From NCBI GenBank assembly GCA_963799485.1, contig CAWCXJ010000004.1, positions 32,001 to 96,000 on the forward strand: DNA of 64,000 bases, read 5' to 3'. Both the position numbers and the translations under genes were made by a program. The DNA is from an uncultured Trueperaceae bacterium (GTDB taxonomy: Bacteria > Deinococcota > Deinococci > Deinococcales > Trueperaceae). Shown here piece after piece: positions 1 to 9,779 of this stretch (the stretch's first letter is position 1; each line of letters starts with the position of its first letter). The notes beneath the pieces were generated by a model. That model was not told the origin of the DNA and made no database searches. It was given only the letters and a program-made list of their open reading frames with translations.

Positions 1-179
1 ACCTCGAGCCAACTCACCACGCCGCGAAAGTTGAGAAAGCCCGAATCGCCTGCAATCACGGCAAAAAATATAAACACTAAAATAGCGCCCGCAACCGCGC
101 CGAGTTCGGGGCGGCTCAGGAGTTTGCGCAGCGGGCTGACCGCCCGCACGCGTTCGTCGGTCAGGGGTGTGGTGCTCAA
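1..179 (-). CDS. Sugar ABC transporter permease, N-terminal part (runs off window)
   Basis: Manual translation from TTG at 179: LSTTPLTDERVRAVSPLRKLLSRPELGAVAGAILVFIFF...; AGGAG RBS upstream; follows the sugar-binding protein gene. Confidence 0.75.
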   Translation of the reverse strand, partial: MSTTPLTDERVRAVSPLRKLLSRPELGAVAGAILVFIFFAVIAGDSGFLNFRGVVSWLE

Positions 180-223
180 ATAGGGCTCCTAGAGCTGTCT
201 AGAGTCAAGTTTTACGGCGAAGG

Positions 224-252
224 GGGCTCGAGGCCAGGTAAACCTCGAGCCC
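224..252. other. Intercistronic stem-loop between binding-protein and permease genes
   Basis: Perfect 10-bp inverted repeat GGGCTCGAGG ... CCTCGAGCCC. Confidence 0.6.
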
Positions 253-262
253 AAACCAACGT

Positions 263-1210
263 CTAGCGAATCCCCTCAGCGCTCAGCGCGATGACCTGCT
301 CGGCATTTTCCGGCGTTACAAAACCGGGGCCGGTCAAGATGATGGGGTCAGCAGGCAGGAGACCGTACTGAATATAGTTCGTTAGAAACACAATCGGCAG
401 GTAGCCTTGCAAGTATTGCTGCTGGTCGATGGCAAAGGTGATTTCATTGTCGACCAAAGCCTGCAAGATAGTCGGTGAGAGGTCGAAAATCCCGACTTGC
501 ACATTGCCGAGCTGTCCACCTTCGCGGAGCGCTTCGATGGTGGGTTCACCGCCTAGCGGCCCGACCGCCAATACGCCGCCGACGTCAGGGTTTTGCGTAA
601 ACGCCGCTGAAACCGCGTTACGAACTTCCGTAGGATCGCTTGAAACTGAGAGCACGTTGACCGTAGCACTGTCGCCGAGACCGTCTTGAAAGCCGTTGCA
701 ACGCTGGTCGAGGCCGATGTTGCCGACTTCGTGATTGACGCAAACGCCGCTGGTGACACCTGCTTCAGCCATCCGCTCGCCTGCGCCCAAACCCGCTTCG
801 TACTCGGTCTGCCCGATGTGCCGCAGCACGCCCAAGTCTTCAAAAGAATCCGAACCCGAGTTCATCGACATCACCGGAATCCCGGCGTCTACAGCGGCGC
901 GAATCGAATCGCCCAAAGCGTCGGCGTCGGGGATGGAGACGACTAAGCCGTCGGGTTGTGAAGCGACCGCCGCGTCGATAAGTTGCGCCATCCGGGGCAT
1001 GTCGAAGGTTTCCGGGGCGCGGTACTCGACCTGAATCCCCATGTCTTCGGCGGCCTGATTGACGCCGTTACTGGCAACCGACCAGAACGGGTCGGCGGCG
1101 CTGCCGTGCGTAACAACGACGATGCGGATGTCTTGGCGTGGTTTGACATCTTGTGCGAAAGTGAAAGCAAAACCAGCGAGAAGTAATAGAGAAACAGCCA
1201 AACGCTTCAT
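263..1210 (-). CDS. Sugar ABC transporter substrate-binding protein (RbsB-like periplasmic binding fold)
   Basis: Signal peptide [13 protein letters not shown] with AAGGAG RBS (true start 1210, not 1384); [13 protein letters not shown] and [12 protein letters not shown] motifs. Confidence 0.9.
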   Translation of the reverse strand: MKRLAVSLLLLAGFAFTFAQDVKPRQDIRIVVVTHGSAADPFWSVASNGVNQAAEDMGIQVEYRAPETFDMPRMAQLIDAAVASQPDGLVVSIPDADALGDSIRAAVDAGIPVMSMNSGSDSFEDLGVLRHIGQTEYEAGLGAGERMAEAGVTSGVCVNHEVGNIGLDQRCNGFQDGLGDSATVNVLSVSSDPTEVRNAVSAAFTQNPDVGGVLAVGPLGGEPTIEALREGGQLGNVQVGIFDLSPTILQALVDNEITFAIDQQQYLQGYLPIVFLTNYIQYGLLPADPIILTGPGFVTPENAEQVIALSAEGIR

Positions 1211-1322
1211 AAACAGGCTCCTTTGGGGCGTACGCTTTGTCCCATTTTTAACCTTAGCTAACGCTGGCGACCGGGAAGTGCGACTACGCCGATGACGATA
1301 TAGCAAACAGTGTGTCGAGAAA

Positions 1323-1351
1323 ACTATACGGTCTGGTTTGCCGTGTGTCAA
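1323..1351 (-). promoter_or_regulatory. Sigma70-type promoter of the sugar ABC operon
   Basis: TTGACA-17 bp-TATAGT on the minus strand. Confidence 0.75.
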
Positions 1352-1632
1352 CGGTGCTGCCGAGGTAAGGCGCGTTACCGCCAAACCCTGACAGCGAGAC
1401 GAAATCCGCTCCGGTCGCCTTGGCTACCGAACGCACCACCCGGTCAAACAAATTCAGGTCGGGTCGCCTACGTTTAGCTTTACGCTAGAAGCCGTCCTCG
1501 CCTGTTTGACCGGTGGCACATAAAGGGCGTGTAAAGCATTAAAAACCTGAAGTATCACCCGACCCGGCGTTTACGAGCGTAGTCGCGGTGTTTATCGCGG
1601 AGTTGTCCGGTGCTGTCCGTACCGTAAAAACC

Positions 1633-1667
1633 TGACACCTGTCACCCTCCAAGGCTGACGCTTTGCA
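1633..1667 (+). promoter_or_regulatory. Candidate tandem response-regulator boxes upstream of the ABC exporter
   Basis: Palindrome TGACA-cc-TGTCA (1633-1644) plus degenerate TGACG-ct-TTGCA 23 bp downstream; NarL-family regulator nearby. Confidence 0.55.
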
Positions 1668-1716
1668 CTAACCTCCGGTCTTTAAGAAGCGCACAGTACG
1701 CTTTAGGAGGTTGACT

Positions 1717-2667
1717 GTGGTCGTTTCGATACCGAAAAAAGCTATCGGGCCGGGAAGTACAACGGTCGCGGAAACTGCCCTGCTTAAAGTCTGCAAAAGC
1801 TACGGCAACGTTCCGGCTCTGGCGGACGTATCTTTAACGCTGCGCGCCGGCGAAGTACTGGCGCTGTTAGGGCCGAACGGAGCGGGAAAGACGACGGCGC
1901 TCAGTCTGCTGCTGGGGTTGTTACGTCCGGACAGAGGTGAGGTTCAGCTCTTCGGCAGGCCGCCGCAAGAAGCTGCGAGCCGTGAACGCGTCGGGGTGAT
2001 GTTGCAGCTCTCCGGCGTTCCGGAAACGCTGAGCGTCGCGGAGCACCTGGCGCTGTTCGCAGCTTACTATCGGCACCCCCTGCCACGGGGTGAGGTGCTG
2101 GAGCGCACCGGGCTGCTGGGCCTCGAGCACCGTTTGTACGGCAAGCTCTCGGGCGGGCAGAAGGGGAGGCTGCATCTAGCACTGGCGCTTGTCGGCAACC
2201 CCGCGCTGCTGGTTCTCGACGAACCGACGACCGGGCTCGACGTGGCCTCGCGGCGTGCACTCTGGGAGAGCGTGCGGGAGGCTGCCGCCGAGGGTAAAAC
2301 AGTTTTGTTGACGACCCACAACCTGGAGGAAGCCGACGCCCTGGCTGACCGCATCGTAGTGTTAAACGGTGGGCGCGTGGTTGCCGAAGGAACGCCCGCC
2401 GCCATCAAGCAGCAGGTCGCCGGGCAGCGGGTGCGTTGTAAAACGGTAGTGCCGTTAAAAACCGTGCGGGCGTTGCCGGGGGTGCAGCGGGCACGGCAAG
2501 GCGGTGCGCTGACCGAATTGTGGGCGACCAAGCCCGAGCCGGTCGTGCGCTTTTTGCTAGACCACGATCCGGCGCTTTCCGGCCTCGAGGTTTCCGGGGT
2601 AGGGCTCGAGGAGGCATTTCTAGCCCTGACACGAAAAGTAGAACACGAAGATGAGGTGCAGGCGTGA
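1717..2667 (+). CDS. ABC-2 type exporter ATP-binding protein (YvfR-like)
   Basis: Walker A GPNGAGKTT, LSGGQ signature, LDEPT; GGAGG RBS favours GTG at 1717. Confidence 0.9.
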   Translation: MVVSIPKKAIGPGSTTVAETALLKVCKSYGNVPALADVSLTLRAGEVLALLGPNGAGKTTALSLLLGLLRPDRGEVQLFGRPPQEAASRERVGVMLQLSGVPETLSVAEHLALFAAYYRHPLPRGEVLERTGLLGLEHRLYGKLSGGQKGRLHLALALVGNPALLVLDEPTTGLDVASRRALWESVREAAAEGKTVLLTTHNLEEADALADRIVVLNGGRVVAEGTPAAIKQQVAGQRVRCKTVVPLKTVRALPGVQRARQGGALTELWATKPEPVVRFLLDHDPALSGLEVSGVGLEEAFLALTRKVEHEDEVQA

Positions 2668-3428
2668 CTCATACAGCGCGTATTTATCTGCTCGAGGCCA
2701 AAACAGAGATTATCAAAGTGTGGCGTTTGCCGGTCTACTCGGTCTTTACGCTCGCTTTTCCGCTGATGTTTTACCTTATCTTCGGCCTGACCTTCGGCGG
2801 CGAGTCGGCGGGGCCGGTCAATGTCGCGGCCTATATGCTCGCAACCTATGGTGCATTTGGCGTTATCGGCGCGTCACTGTTCGGTTTCGGCGTCGGGCTG
2901 GCGTCCGAACGGGGGCAGGGCTGGTTACGTCTCAAACGCGCCTCACCGATGCCGCCGGGAGCCTACTTTACGGCCAAAATCGTGATGGCTTTGGTTTTTA
3001 GCCTGCTCGTGGTGCTGGGGCTTTTCCTGCTGGGCTTCTTCCTTTTCGGGGTGCGCCTGCCCGCCTTGACCTGGACTTCTCTACTCGGCACATTGCTACT
3101 GGGCGCGTTGCCTTTTTGTGCGCTGGGGATGGCGCTCGGCTACTTGGTCGGCCCGAACTCGGCGGCGGCAGTCGTCAACCTCGTGTATCTGCCGCTGGCG
3201 TTTGCCTCGGGGCTGTGGATTCCCGTAGAACAGTTGCCGGGGTTTATGCAGCGTTTGGCCCCTTTTCTACCGCCGTACCACTACGCGCAGCTCGCCTTAG
3301 GGACGATGGGCGCGGGCCGAGGCGGGGCAGCGTGGCTTCACGTTGCCGTCTTGCTCGGTTTTACGGCGCTGTTTCTGATGGTCGCAGGGTGGGCCTACCG
3401 GCGTGACGAAGGAAAAACCTACGGTTGA
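2664..3428 (+). CDS. ABC-2 type exporter permease (YvfS-like)
   Basis: About six hydrophobic segments, ERGQGWLRLKRASP motif, GTGA overlap with the ATPase. Confidence 0.85.
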   Translation: MTHTARIYLLEAKTEIIKVWRLPVYSVFTLAFPLMFYLIFGLTFGGESAGPVNVAAYMLATYGAFGVIGASLFGFGVGLASERGQGWLRLKRASPMPPGAYFTAKIVMALVFSLLVVLGLFLLGFFLFGVRLPALTWTSLLGTLLLGALPFCALGMALGYLVGPNSAAAVVNLVYLPLAFASGLWIPVEQLPGFMQRLAPFLPPYHYAQLALGTMGAGRGGAAWLHVAVLLGFTALFLMVAGWAYRRDEGKTYG

Positions 3429-3713
3429 GTCCATTTCATTCTGAAAGTATCCCAACACATTTAATTACTGGAGGCAAAGCCGTAAACTCCCCAACCGAAA
3501 ACATCGGAGCCCGCACCGGCAGCTTTGCAGGCTACCTTCGCAGCAGTTTGATCGCGGCAGTTGTCGCCCTGGTCATCTACCTAGTGATTTTCGCGCTTAC
3601 CACCGGAGGACTCGGCCTCGTCACAGGGCTTGTAATTGCAGGTTTTACCTTCCTCATCACCTTATATCATTAGTGCGGTTATCGGCGCAACAGTAAGGCG
3701 ACGCAGGCGCTAA
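3425..3713 (+). pseudogene. Small membrane protein, frameshifted
   Basis: Hydrophobic ORF stops at 3673, but removing one T at 3662 continues it as YIISAVIGATVRRRRR* to 3713; internal GGAGG is followed by GTA rather than a start codon. Confidence 0.5.
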
Positions 3714-3810
3714 GAGATGGAGGACATGAAAAAAGCTGAATCCAAGAGGTTTATGACCTTGACCAACGCCTCTCTCATTCAGCCTCTGCCAAAGCTGCTG
3801 GACAGAACTA

Positions 3811-4206
3811 CTAGGCTCGCCTCGCGCCTGCCCGCCGCGTTCCGGCAAGCGCCGAGACAGCCAAGATAAATACCAGTGCGCCGACGATCCAGGCATTCCA
3901 AGCTGCCGGGAGGGTGAGATAACCGAGTACCCACGGCGCGATAAAAAGCCCCGCACCTAACAAGGCGTTGCTCCACTCTGCGATGCTGGAAGCGGGCATC
4001 GCCAGCGCCCAGATTGCTACTAAAAAGATGAGGGCACCTACCCACCAAGCGTCGGTATTATAGATACCGCTGCTTCGCAGTACCCAGGGAGAGACAAATA
4101 GCCACGCCCCTAGGAGCAGGTTAAGCCAATCTTGCCAGCGCGGTTGGTGGCGCGGGATATCTGAGGTATCCGACGTTACCGCGACTCTGTTTGACTCGTT
4201 ACTCAT
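3811..4206 (-). CDS. SPW-repeat integral membrane protein
   Basis: Two repeats WQDWLNLLLGAWLFVSPWVL / EWSNALLGAGLFIAPWVLGY. Confidence 0.8.
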   Translation of the reverse strand: MSNESNRVAVTSDTSDIPRHQPRWQDWLNLLLGAWLFVSPWVLRSSGIYNTDAWWVGALIFLVAIWALAMPASSIAEWSNALLGAGLFIAPWVLGYLTLPAAWNAWIVGALVFILAVSALAGTRRAGARRA

Positions 4207-4793
4207 AATTGTTTTCCTTTCGTGTAGAGAGTGACGCCGCTACGTCAGCGTCTCTAGCAAGAGAGCGTTTATGTTTGAATTATCCGGCAAACAGTACGTC
4301 AAACAGCTTTGACCCCCCTGGATCGACTCGAGCTTATTCACTGTGGGCTCCCGCCTCAAACTGGCCCCACAAACTGTTGCAGCTCTGCTAGAGCTAGGCC
4401 ACAGTTTGCTCCAAACCGTGACCATTTTATGTAACCTTTGCTTCAGTAAACAGGTTCAACATTTAACCGGAGACTTACAAAGTTGTTCAGGTAGCAGTAC
4501 TGAACCGTCAAACCGTATACATCGGTATGGGAGGTTTGGCATGACCACAGCGGAAAATTTGGACTGCACGGCGGTATTGGGCCGTGTAGATATAAGCAGC
4601 GCAGGTTTGGCGGTCGCTAGCACTAACACCGGCATCTTCGGCCCGGTTGAGGTTGACCTGTGTGCGGCTGAGCTGGTCGGACTCGAGCGGTCCTAAAGGT
4701 ACTGTAGGAGGTACTGTGACGCAGCCCCACCGAGCCGAACGGCTGAAAATAGCGTACGGTGTAAAATCCGGCCTTCAAGCTGCACAATAACTT

Positions 4794-5918
4794 ATGACCA
4801 CTGAGCGCATACCGAAAAAGCTGGGCCGGGAGCCTTATATCTACCTGGTCTATCTGAGCTTTCTCTTTTTTCAACCGCTTTACGAACCCGGGAACGCGCT
4901 GGACTGGGCACTTATCGCGCTTATCATCGCGCTATTTTTGCCCGTATATTTTTGGACGTGGCGAGCGCCTGGTAAACGCGCTCTCTGGGGCGTTGCGGGG
5001 ATGGCGCTCCTCGGCGGTTTATTTACGCCGCTTAACTCAGGGGCGAGCGGCCTCTATATCTACGCGGCGGCGGCGGCAGCTTTTACGGGGCCGCCGCGCT
5101 TTGCGGCGCGGGTCGTCGGCGGGATTTTTGCACTCGGACTGCTGAGCGCCGCACTTTCGGGGATCCCGTGGCCTTACTGGTTGGCAGCTTTTGCGCCTGC
5201 ACTGATTTTCGTCCCGATTATCGGCGGCGTCAACATCTTTCAGGCCGAAAAAGCACGGGCTAACGCAAAATTGCGTCTGGCACACGACGAAATCGAACGC
5301 CTCGCCAAAGTCGCCGAACGTGAACGCATCGCCCGCGATCTGCACGACCTCTTGGGGCATACGCTCTCGAGCATCACCTTAAAAAGCGAGCTGGCCTCGC
5401 GGCTGGCTCCGGTCGATCCGGTGCGGGCCGAACGCGAGATGCGCGAGGTGGCGCAGGTCTCGCGGGGAGCGCTTAAAGAAGTGCGCGAAGCGGTGAGCGG
5501 CTACCGGGCGCGCAATTTAGCAGGTGAGCTGACCCACGCGCGTAAGCTGTTGGCGGCTACCGGGGTACGGCTGGAATACTTTGCCGAACCGCTGAACTTG
5601 CCGCCCGTGCAAGCAAGCACGCTGGCTCTGGCGCTGCGCGAAGCCGTCACGAACGTCGTGCGGCACGCCCACGCGTCGGTGTGTACGGTGCGGCTTTTGC
5701 AGGTTGGGGACGAGCTGCGGCTCGAGGTCATCGATAACGGTCTCGGCAAATGTGCGCCTGACGGGGCAGGGCTTTCGGGGATGGGCGAACGCGCAGGCTT
5801 GCTCGGCGGTCGGCTCGAGGTTAAAGGCAGTGCCACGGGGACACAACTCCGGTTGACGTTGCCGCGCGGGCATACAGTGAACACGGTGCCCGAAATTCTG
5901 GAACCTCCAATCGCATGA
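4794..5918 (+). CDS. DesK/YvfT-like membrane sensor histidine kinase (HisKA_3)
   Basis: ERERIARDLHDLLGHTLS H-box; REAVTNVVRHA, DNG and GAGLSGM motifs. Confidence 0.92.
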   Translation: MTTERIPKKLGREPYIYLVYLSFLFFQPLYEPGNALDWALIALIIALFLPVYFWTWRAPGKRALWGVAGMALLGGLFTPLNSGASGLYIYAAAAAAFTGPPRFAARVVGGIFALGLLSAALSGIPWPYWLAAFAPALIFVPIIGGVNIFQAEKARANAKLRLAHDEIERLAKVAERERIARDLHDLLGHTLSSITLKSELASRLAPVDPVRAEREMREVAQVSRGALKEVREAVSGYRARNLAGELTHARKLLAATGVRLEYFAEPLNLPPVQASTLALALREAVTNVVRHAHASVCTVRLLQVGDELRLEVIDNGLGKCAPDGAGLSGMGERAGLLGGRLEVKGSATGTQLRLTLPRGHTVNTVPEILEPPIA

Positions 5919-6517
5919 TTCGTATCGTCATCGCCGAAGATCAGGGGATGGTGTTGGGCGCGCTGGCGGCGCTGCTCGCGCTCGAGGGCGACCTCTCGGT
6001 CGTGGCTCAAGCGCCTGACGGGGCTGAAGCCTTGGCGCTTGTCCAAGAAACCAAACCCGACGTGCTTTTGACCGATATCGAAATGCCCAAGGTGACGGGG
6101 CTCGAGCTGGCTGCTGCGGTGCGCCGCGAGTGTCCCCGAACGCGCGTTATCATCCTGACGACCTTTGCCCGTGCGGGCTACCTGCGCCGCGCGCTCGCTG
6201 CGGGCGCGGCAGGTTATTTGCTTAAAGACGCGCCTGCGACTGAGCTGGCGGCGGCGGTGCGACGTGTCCACAGTGGCGGCCGCGCCATCGACCCGGAACT
6301 CGCCGCCGAAGCGTGGGGCGAACCCGACCCTTTGACCGAACGTGAGCGGGCGTGTTTGCGGCTAGCGGGGCAGGGGCAGACCGGACCCGAAATTGCCCAA
6401 ACGCTCGGGTTATCAGTCGGGACGGTGCGTAACTACCTCTCTGAAGCCATCGGCAAACTCGGGGCCGGAAACCGGATTGAAGCGGCAAGGTTGGCGCGTG
6501 AGAAGGGCTGGCTCTAG
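5915..6517 (+). CDS. DesR/YvfU-like NarL/LuxR-family response regulator
   Basis: Receiver domain (AEDQ, DIEMP, TTF, LLKD) plus LuxR HTH ending AREKGWL; ATGA overlap with the kinase. Confidence 0.93.
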   Translation: MIRIVIAEDQGMVLGALAALLALEGDLSVVAQAPDGAEALALVQETKPDVLLTDIEMPKVTGLELAAAVRRECPRTRVIILTTFARAGYLRRALAAGAAGYLLKDAPATELAAAVRRVHSGGRAIDPELAAEAWGEPDPLTERERACLRLAGQGQTGPEIAQTLGLSVGTVRNYLSEAIGKLGAGNRIEAARLAREKGWL

Positions 6518-6712
6518 GTTGCGGCGATTTAAGTTATCCAGGATTTTGTTACGGTGGACGGGAGCCGTAAAAAGTAAGGGGCAAGCACCGGAAAGGGTTC
6601 GGAACCTGCGCGTTTAGCCTGTTGGGTGTGAGGTCAAAAGCGCTGCTTGAATTGACCGGCCTCCTGACGAGAGTTGTCTGTTGCTATTTATGCTGCACTA
6701 AGTATCTCCATA

Positions 6713-7783
6713 CTATGACTGCGAGATAGCTTTAGCGCCGAGGAGTTGAAGGGCAGCCAGCACAGCGTCCAGGAGTTGTTGTCTAGAGTTGTAGCAGCGC
6801 CTGGGCAGGAGAAAGCCTTTGAGCTTTTTCCAAACGGTCTCAATGAGGTTGAACCGAGGCGAGTAAGAGGGCTGAAACCACAGGGTAAGCCCTTGAGCTG
6901 CCCAGGCATCCTGTTCGTCTTTAATGAGATTCGCCCGGTGAAAGCCCGCGTTGTCGAGAATGACGACTGTTTCTGGGGCTAGACGCTCTGCTTCTTGCGC
7001 CAACGTTTCCAGGTACGTTTTGACATGGATTGCGTAGCAACGTTCTTCAAGCACTTGGTACGCGAGCTGCTCAGTACCTCGGGTACAGGACAAAGTGCCG
7101 ATGAGGTTGATGCGACCCGCCGCCCCCCAGTGCCTGGGAACGTTTAGGGGCTTGCCTTTGGGACGCCAACCATAACTCAAAGGCAAAGACCGGCTAAAAC
7201 CCACCTCGTCCAGGTATTTCAGGAGGATGTCACCTTGCAGGCGGATGCCATGCGCTCCTTGAAGGGCTCTTTTTTTAAGCTGTCGAACTCGGCTTGTTTA
7301 GCCGCTAGAACCTCAGCTTCAGGCTGTTTGACAGGCACGTAGCGGTGGCGTTGCCAGCTGTAGCCCATTGCGTGCAAGCACACCCGCATACTTTCGCGGT
7401 TGACTTTCGCGGTTGACTTTCGCGGTTGACTTTGAGCTTGAACGCTTCGTTCACCGCTTCAGCTAACTGTGAGGCCGTCCAACTGCGCTCCTCACTGAGC
7501 TTTTTCGTTAAGAAGCTTTTGCTCGCCTAGAGGACTCCGCTGACCGCTGCCCACCCCCTCAGTTAGGCCCTCGACCCCGCTTTGCTCCCAGCGGTTGAAG
7601 TCGCGCAACACGCTACTCACGTCCCGTGTAGCTCGCTATTTCTTCAGCTTTCAGCCCACGGTGCGACAAACGCAAAATTCTTGCTCGTAAACGTACTTTC
7701 TCGCGCAGTCCCGACTGATGCTCAATCTCACGCAACTGCTTGTCTTCTTCCTCGCTCAGCTTGATGTACCTCGCACTTGGCAT
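6713..7783 (-). pseudogene. IS630 transposase (HTH part broken, DDE part 6713-7270 open)
   Basis: MPSARYIKLSEEE... HTH region with frameshifts; YLDEVGF, ILDNAGFH and PSYSPRFNLIETVW DDE motifs; A7G slippery site at 7269-7276. Confidence 0.88.
7390..7433. repeat. 13-bp tandem repeat, about 3.4 copies, inside the transposase
   Basis: ACTTTCGCGGTTG three times plus ACTTT. Confidence 0.95.
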
Positions 7784-7807
7784 CTGGCAAGCTTACTATG
7801 GAAACAC

Positions 7808-8041
7808 TTAGAACGTGGAGGCGGGGCGGAAGACGAGTTCCTCGAGCAAATCCGGAACGACCAGCACGCGTAAAACGAGAGGTGGTGTAAAAATGGGGGG
7901 CGCAGCAGCACCCCGCCCGCTAGACCCAAGCCCAGCGCCAGTGTTGAGCCATGCTGAAAAAACGAGCGCGACGGTGAGCGTCTCGAGCCAGCCCCTTACG
8001 CCCGGAAGGATGAGTAGCGACGCGAAAATACGCGCCCTCAA
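7808..8041 (-). pseudogene. Truncated CPBP/Abi-family intramembrane protease
   Basis: TTGA overlap with the upstream gene; ends just after LLEELVFR (EExxFR motif) at the IS boundary. Confidence 0.6.
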
Positions 8042-9207
8042 GCCTTGGCTTGCCGCCGCAAAGGTTGCGCCGCCCCGTAGGTCAAACTGCGCCACACCCA
8101 CTCAACCGGGCCGAAACGAAAACGCGACAGCCACCAGCGGCTAAAAAGCACCTGTAAGGTAAAGATAACGGGCACCAGCACGAGCGCCACGCCTAAGCCC
8201 AGTTCATTGAAATAGCCGAGTCCGTAGGCGTTAAAAATCAGCGTGCCGACGACCGACTGGGTGAGGTAGTTCGTCAGCGCCATTCGTCCGGCGAAACCAA
8301 AAAACGACAGCCTTTGCTGCCACTCACGTTTCTCGAGCAACCGCGTCAAGAGTGCTAGATACACGAACATCAAGGCGGGGCCGCCGATGGCGAACGAGTA
8401 GCCGACCGCGAGCGGGTTATAGGCTCCCGTAAAAAACCAGTATGCGTACACGCCCTTAAAGACCAGCGCCACAGGCAGCGCCGTAATCAAGACGCCGTAC
8501 CACGTCCGGCGGTGGGGCCGCTCGAAAAGCCCGCGCCGCCCTGCCAGCAAACCGAGCAAAAAGAGCCACAACACGGTCGGTAAAAAGTTCGGCAGGTTGA
8601 GAATTTCGCGCCCGGCCAGCTGCAGTTGATACTGTACGACTCCCAGATACGTCCCGCGCTCAAATACCTGATTAAACGTGTTCAGATTAAGCCAAGACGC
8701 ACGTCCGGCAAAACCCAGACTAAAAGGTGTCAGATAGGCGAGCACGGAAAGGGCGAAAAAGGCGAGTGCAGCAGCGACCAGCACCCGACTTTTTTGAAAG
8801 GCGAAGAGCGTCAGCACAAAACCGCCGACTGCGTAGGTCAGCAAGATGTCGCCGTACCAGATAAGAACGGCGTGAACGAGGCCGATACCGAGCAGGACCG
8901 TCAGGCGGCGGCGAAAACGGGGCAAGGCGACCGGCCCGCGCCGGAGTTGCAAGGCTAGCCCCAAACCGAACAAAAACGAAAAGAGCGAGTAAAACGCACC
9001 CTGGGCGAACACGCGTACAAAGCCCTCGAGCCCCCGTTCAAAGGCGTTTTGGGCCGCCGTTACGCCGAAATAGCCGTACGCCCCGCTAAAAAAGAGCATG
9101 TTCACCAAAAAGATACCCAAAAGTGCAACCCCGCGCAAAATATCGATGGTGATGAGGCGGGCTTCGGGTGGTGTGGGCGCGTCGGTCGGAGCGGCAGTTT
9201 GTCTCAC
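8038..9207 (-). CDS. DUF418 (YeiB-like) membrane protein
   Basis: IDILRGVALLGI, FSFLFGLG, WYGDIL, GRMALTNYLTQS and GPVEWVWRSLTY motifs. Confidence 0.88.
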   Translation of the reverse strand: MRQTAAPTDAPTPPEARLITIDILRGVALLGIFLVNMLFFSGAYGYFGVTAAQNAFERGLEGFVRVFAQGAFYSLFSFLFGLGLALQLRRGPVALPRFRRRLTVLLGIGLVHAVLIWYGDILLTYAVGGFVLTLFAFQKSRVLVAAALAFFALSVLAYLTPFSLGFAGRASWLNLNTFNQVFERGTYLGVVQYQLQLAGREILNLPNFLPTVLWLFLLGLLAGRRGLFERPHRRTWYGVLITALPVALVFKGVYAYWFFTGAYNPLAVGYSFAIGGPALMFVYLALLTRLLEKREWQQRLSFFGFAGRMALTNYLTQSVVGTLIFNAYGLGYFNELGLGVALVLVPVIFTLQVLFSRWWLSRFRFGPVEWVWRSLTYGAAQPLRRQAKA

Positions 9208-9238
9208 TCTGCTAGTGTATCCGGCGCAGATGTGTGCG

Positions 9239-9718
9239 TTATTGGCGGGTTACGCGTATGAGCTTTGAGCAAAACGGTTGCGGCGGGGTGAAATCTCGCT
9301 CGAAGAGTGTAAAAAGGGGCTCGAGCCTCAGTCTGTCGAACGCGTTGCTAAAGGCGTCTATATCGTCTTTTTCGTGAACAGCGACCAGCGCGCGGGTAAA
9401 AGTTTTGCGGTTTAGCCTTTCCAGTACCGCCGCGGTCAACGCGTGCGGCAAGTTGGACAAAATGATATCGACCGCGAGCGCTGCCAAAGCAGCCAGCGCG
9501 TCGCCCGAAATGACTTTTGCCTCCGGAAAACGGACACGTAAGCTTCTAGCGAGTTCCGCGTCGAGCTCGACCAGTGTCAGTGTACAAGGCGGCAGAACTC
9601 CGGCAACTGTACCGCCGCCGCTGCCCAGCTCGAGCACCCGGTCAGCCGGCCTTATCGCGGCAGCTGAGGCGAGTGCGCGCAGCTTTTCCGGGTTCGTTAA
9701 GAAGTGCTGTTCCATCAC
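9239..9718 (-). CDS. Short KsgA/Erm-like SAM-dependent methyltransferase
   Basis: QHFL, VLELGSGGG, VELD, GDAL, SNLPH and F.P.P motifs; only 159 aa. Confidence 0.7.
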   Translation of the reverse strand: MMEQHFLTNPEKLRALASAAAIRPADRVLELGSGGGTVAGVLPPCTLTLVELDAELARSLRVRFPEAKVISGDALAALAALAVDIILSNLPHALTAAVLERLNRKTFTRALVAVHEKDDIDAFSNAFDRLRLEPLFTLFERDFTPPQPFCSKLIRVTRQ

Positions 9719-9779
9719 GCGCTAAAAAACGCGCCGACCTGAGCCGACGCGTCTTTGTAGTCAGGTTTTGCCGTAAAAT

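Larger units (their letters stand above)
6699..7810 (-). mobile_element. IS630-family insertion sequence, about 1.11 kb, transposase decayed
   Basis: Terminal inverted repeats TAAGTATCTCCATACTATG vs TAAGTGTTTCCATAGTAAG (15/19 including TA); duplicated TA; empty site reconstitutes CTAG. Confidence 0.88.

Noticed and set aside
4209..4874. ORFs 4209-4391, 4240-4425, 4343-4696 and 4623-4874
   Set aside because: No recognisable motifs or good initiation signals; probably non-coding or decayed sequence.
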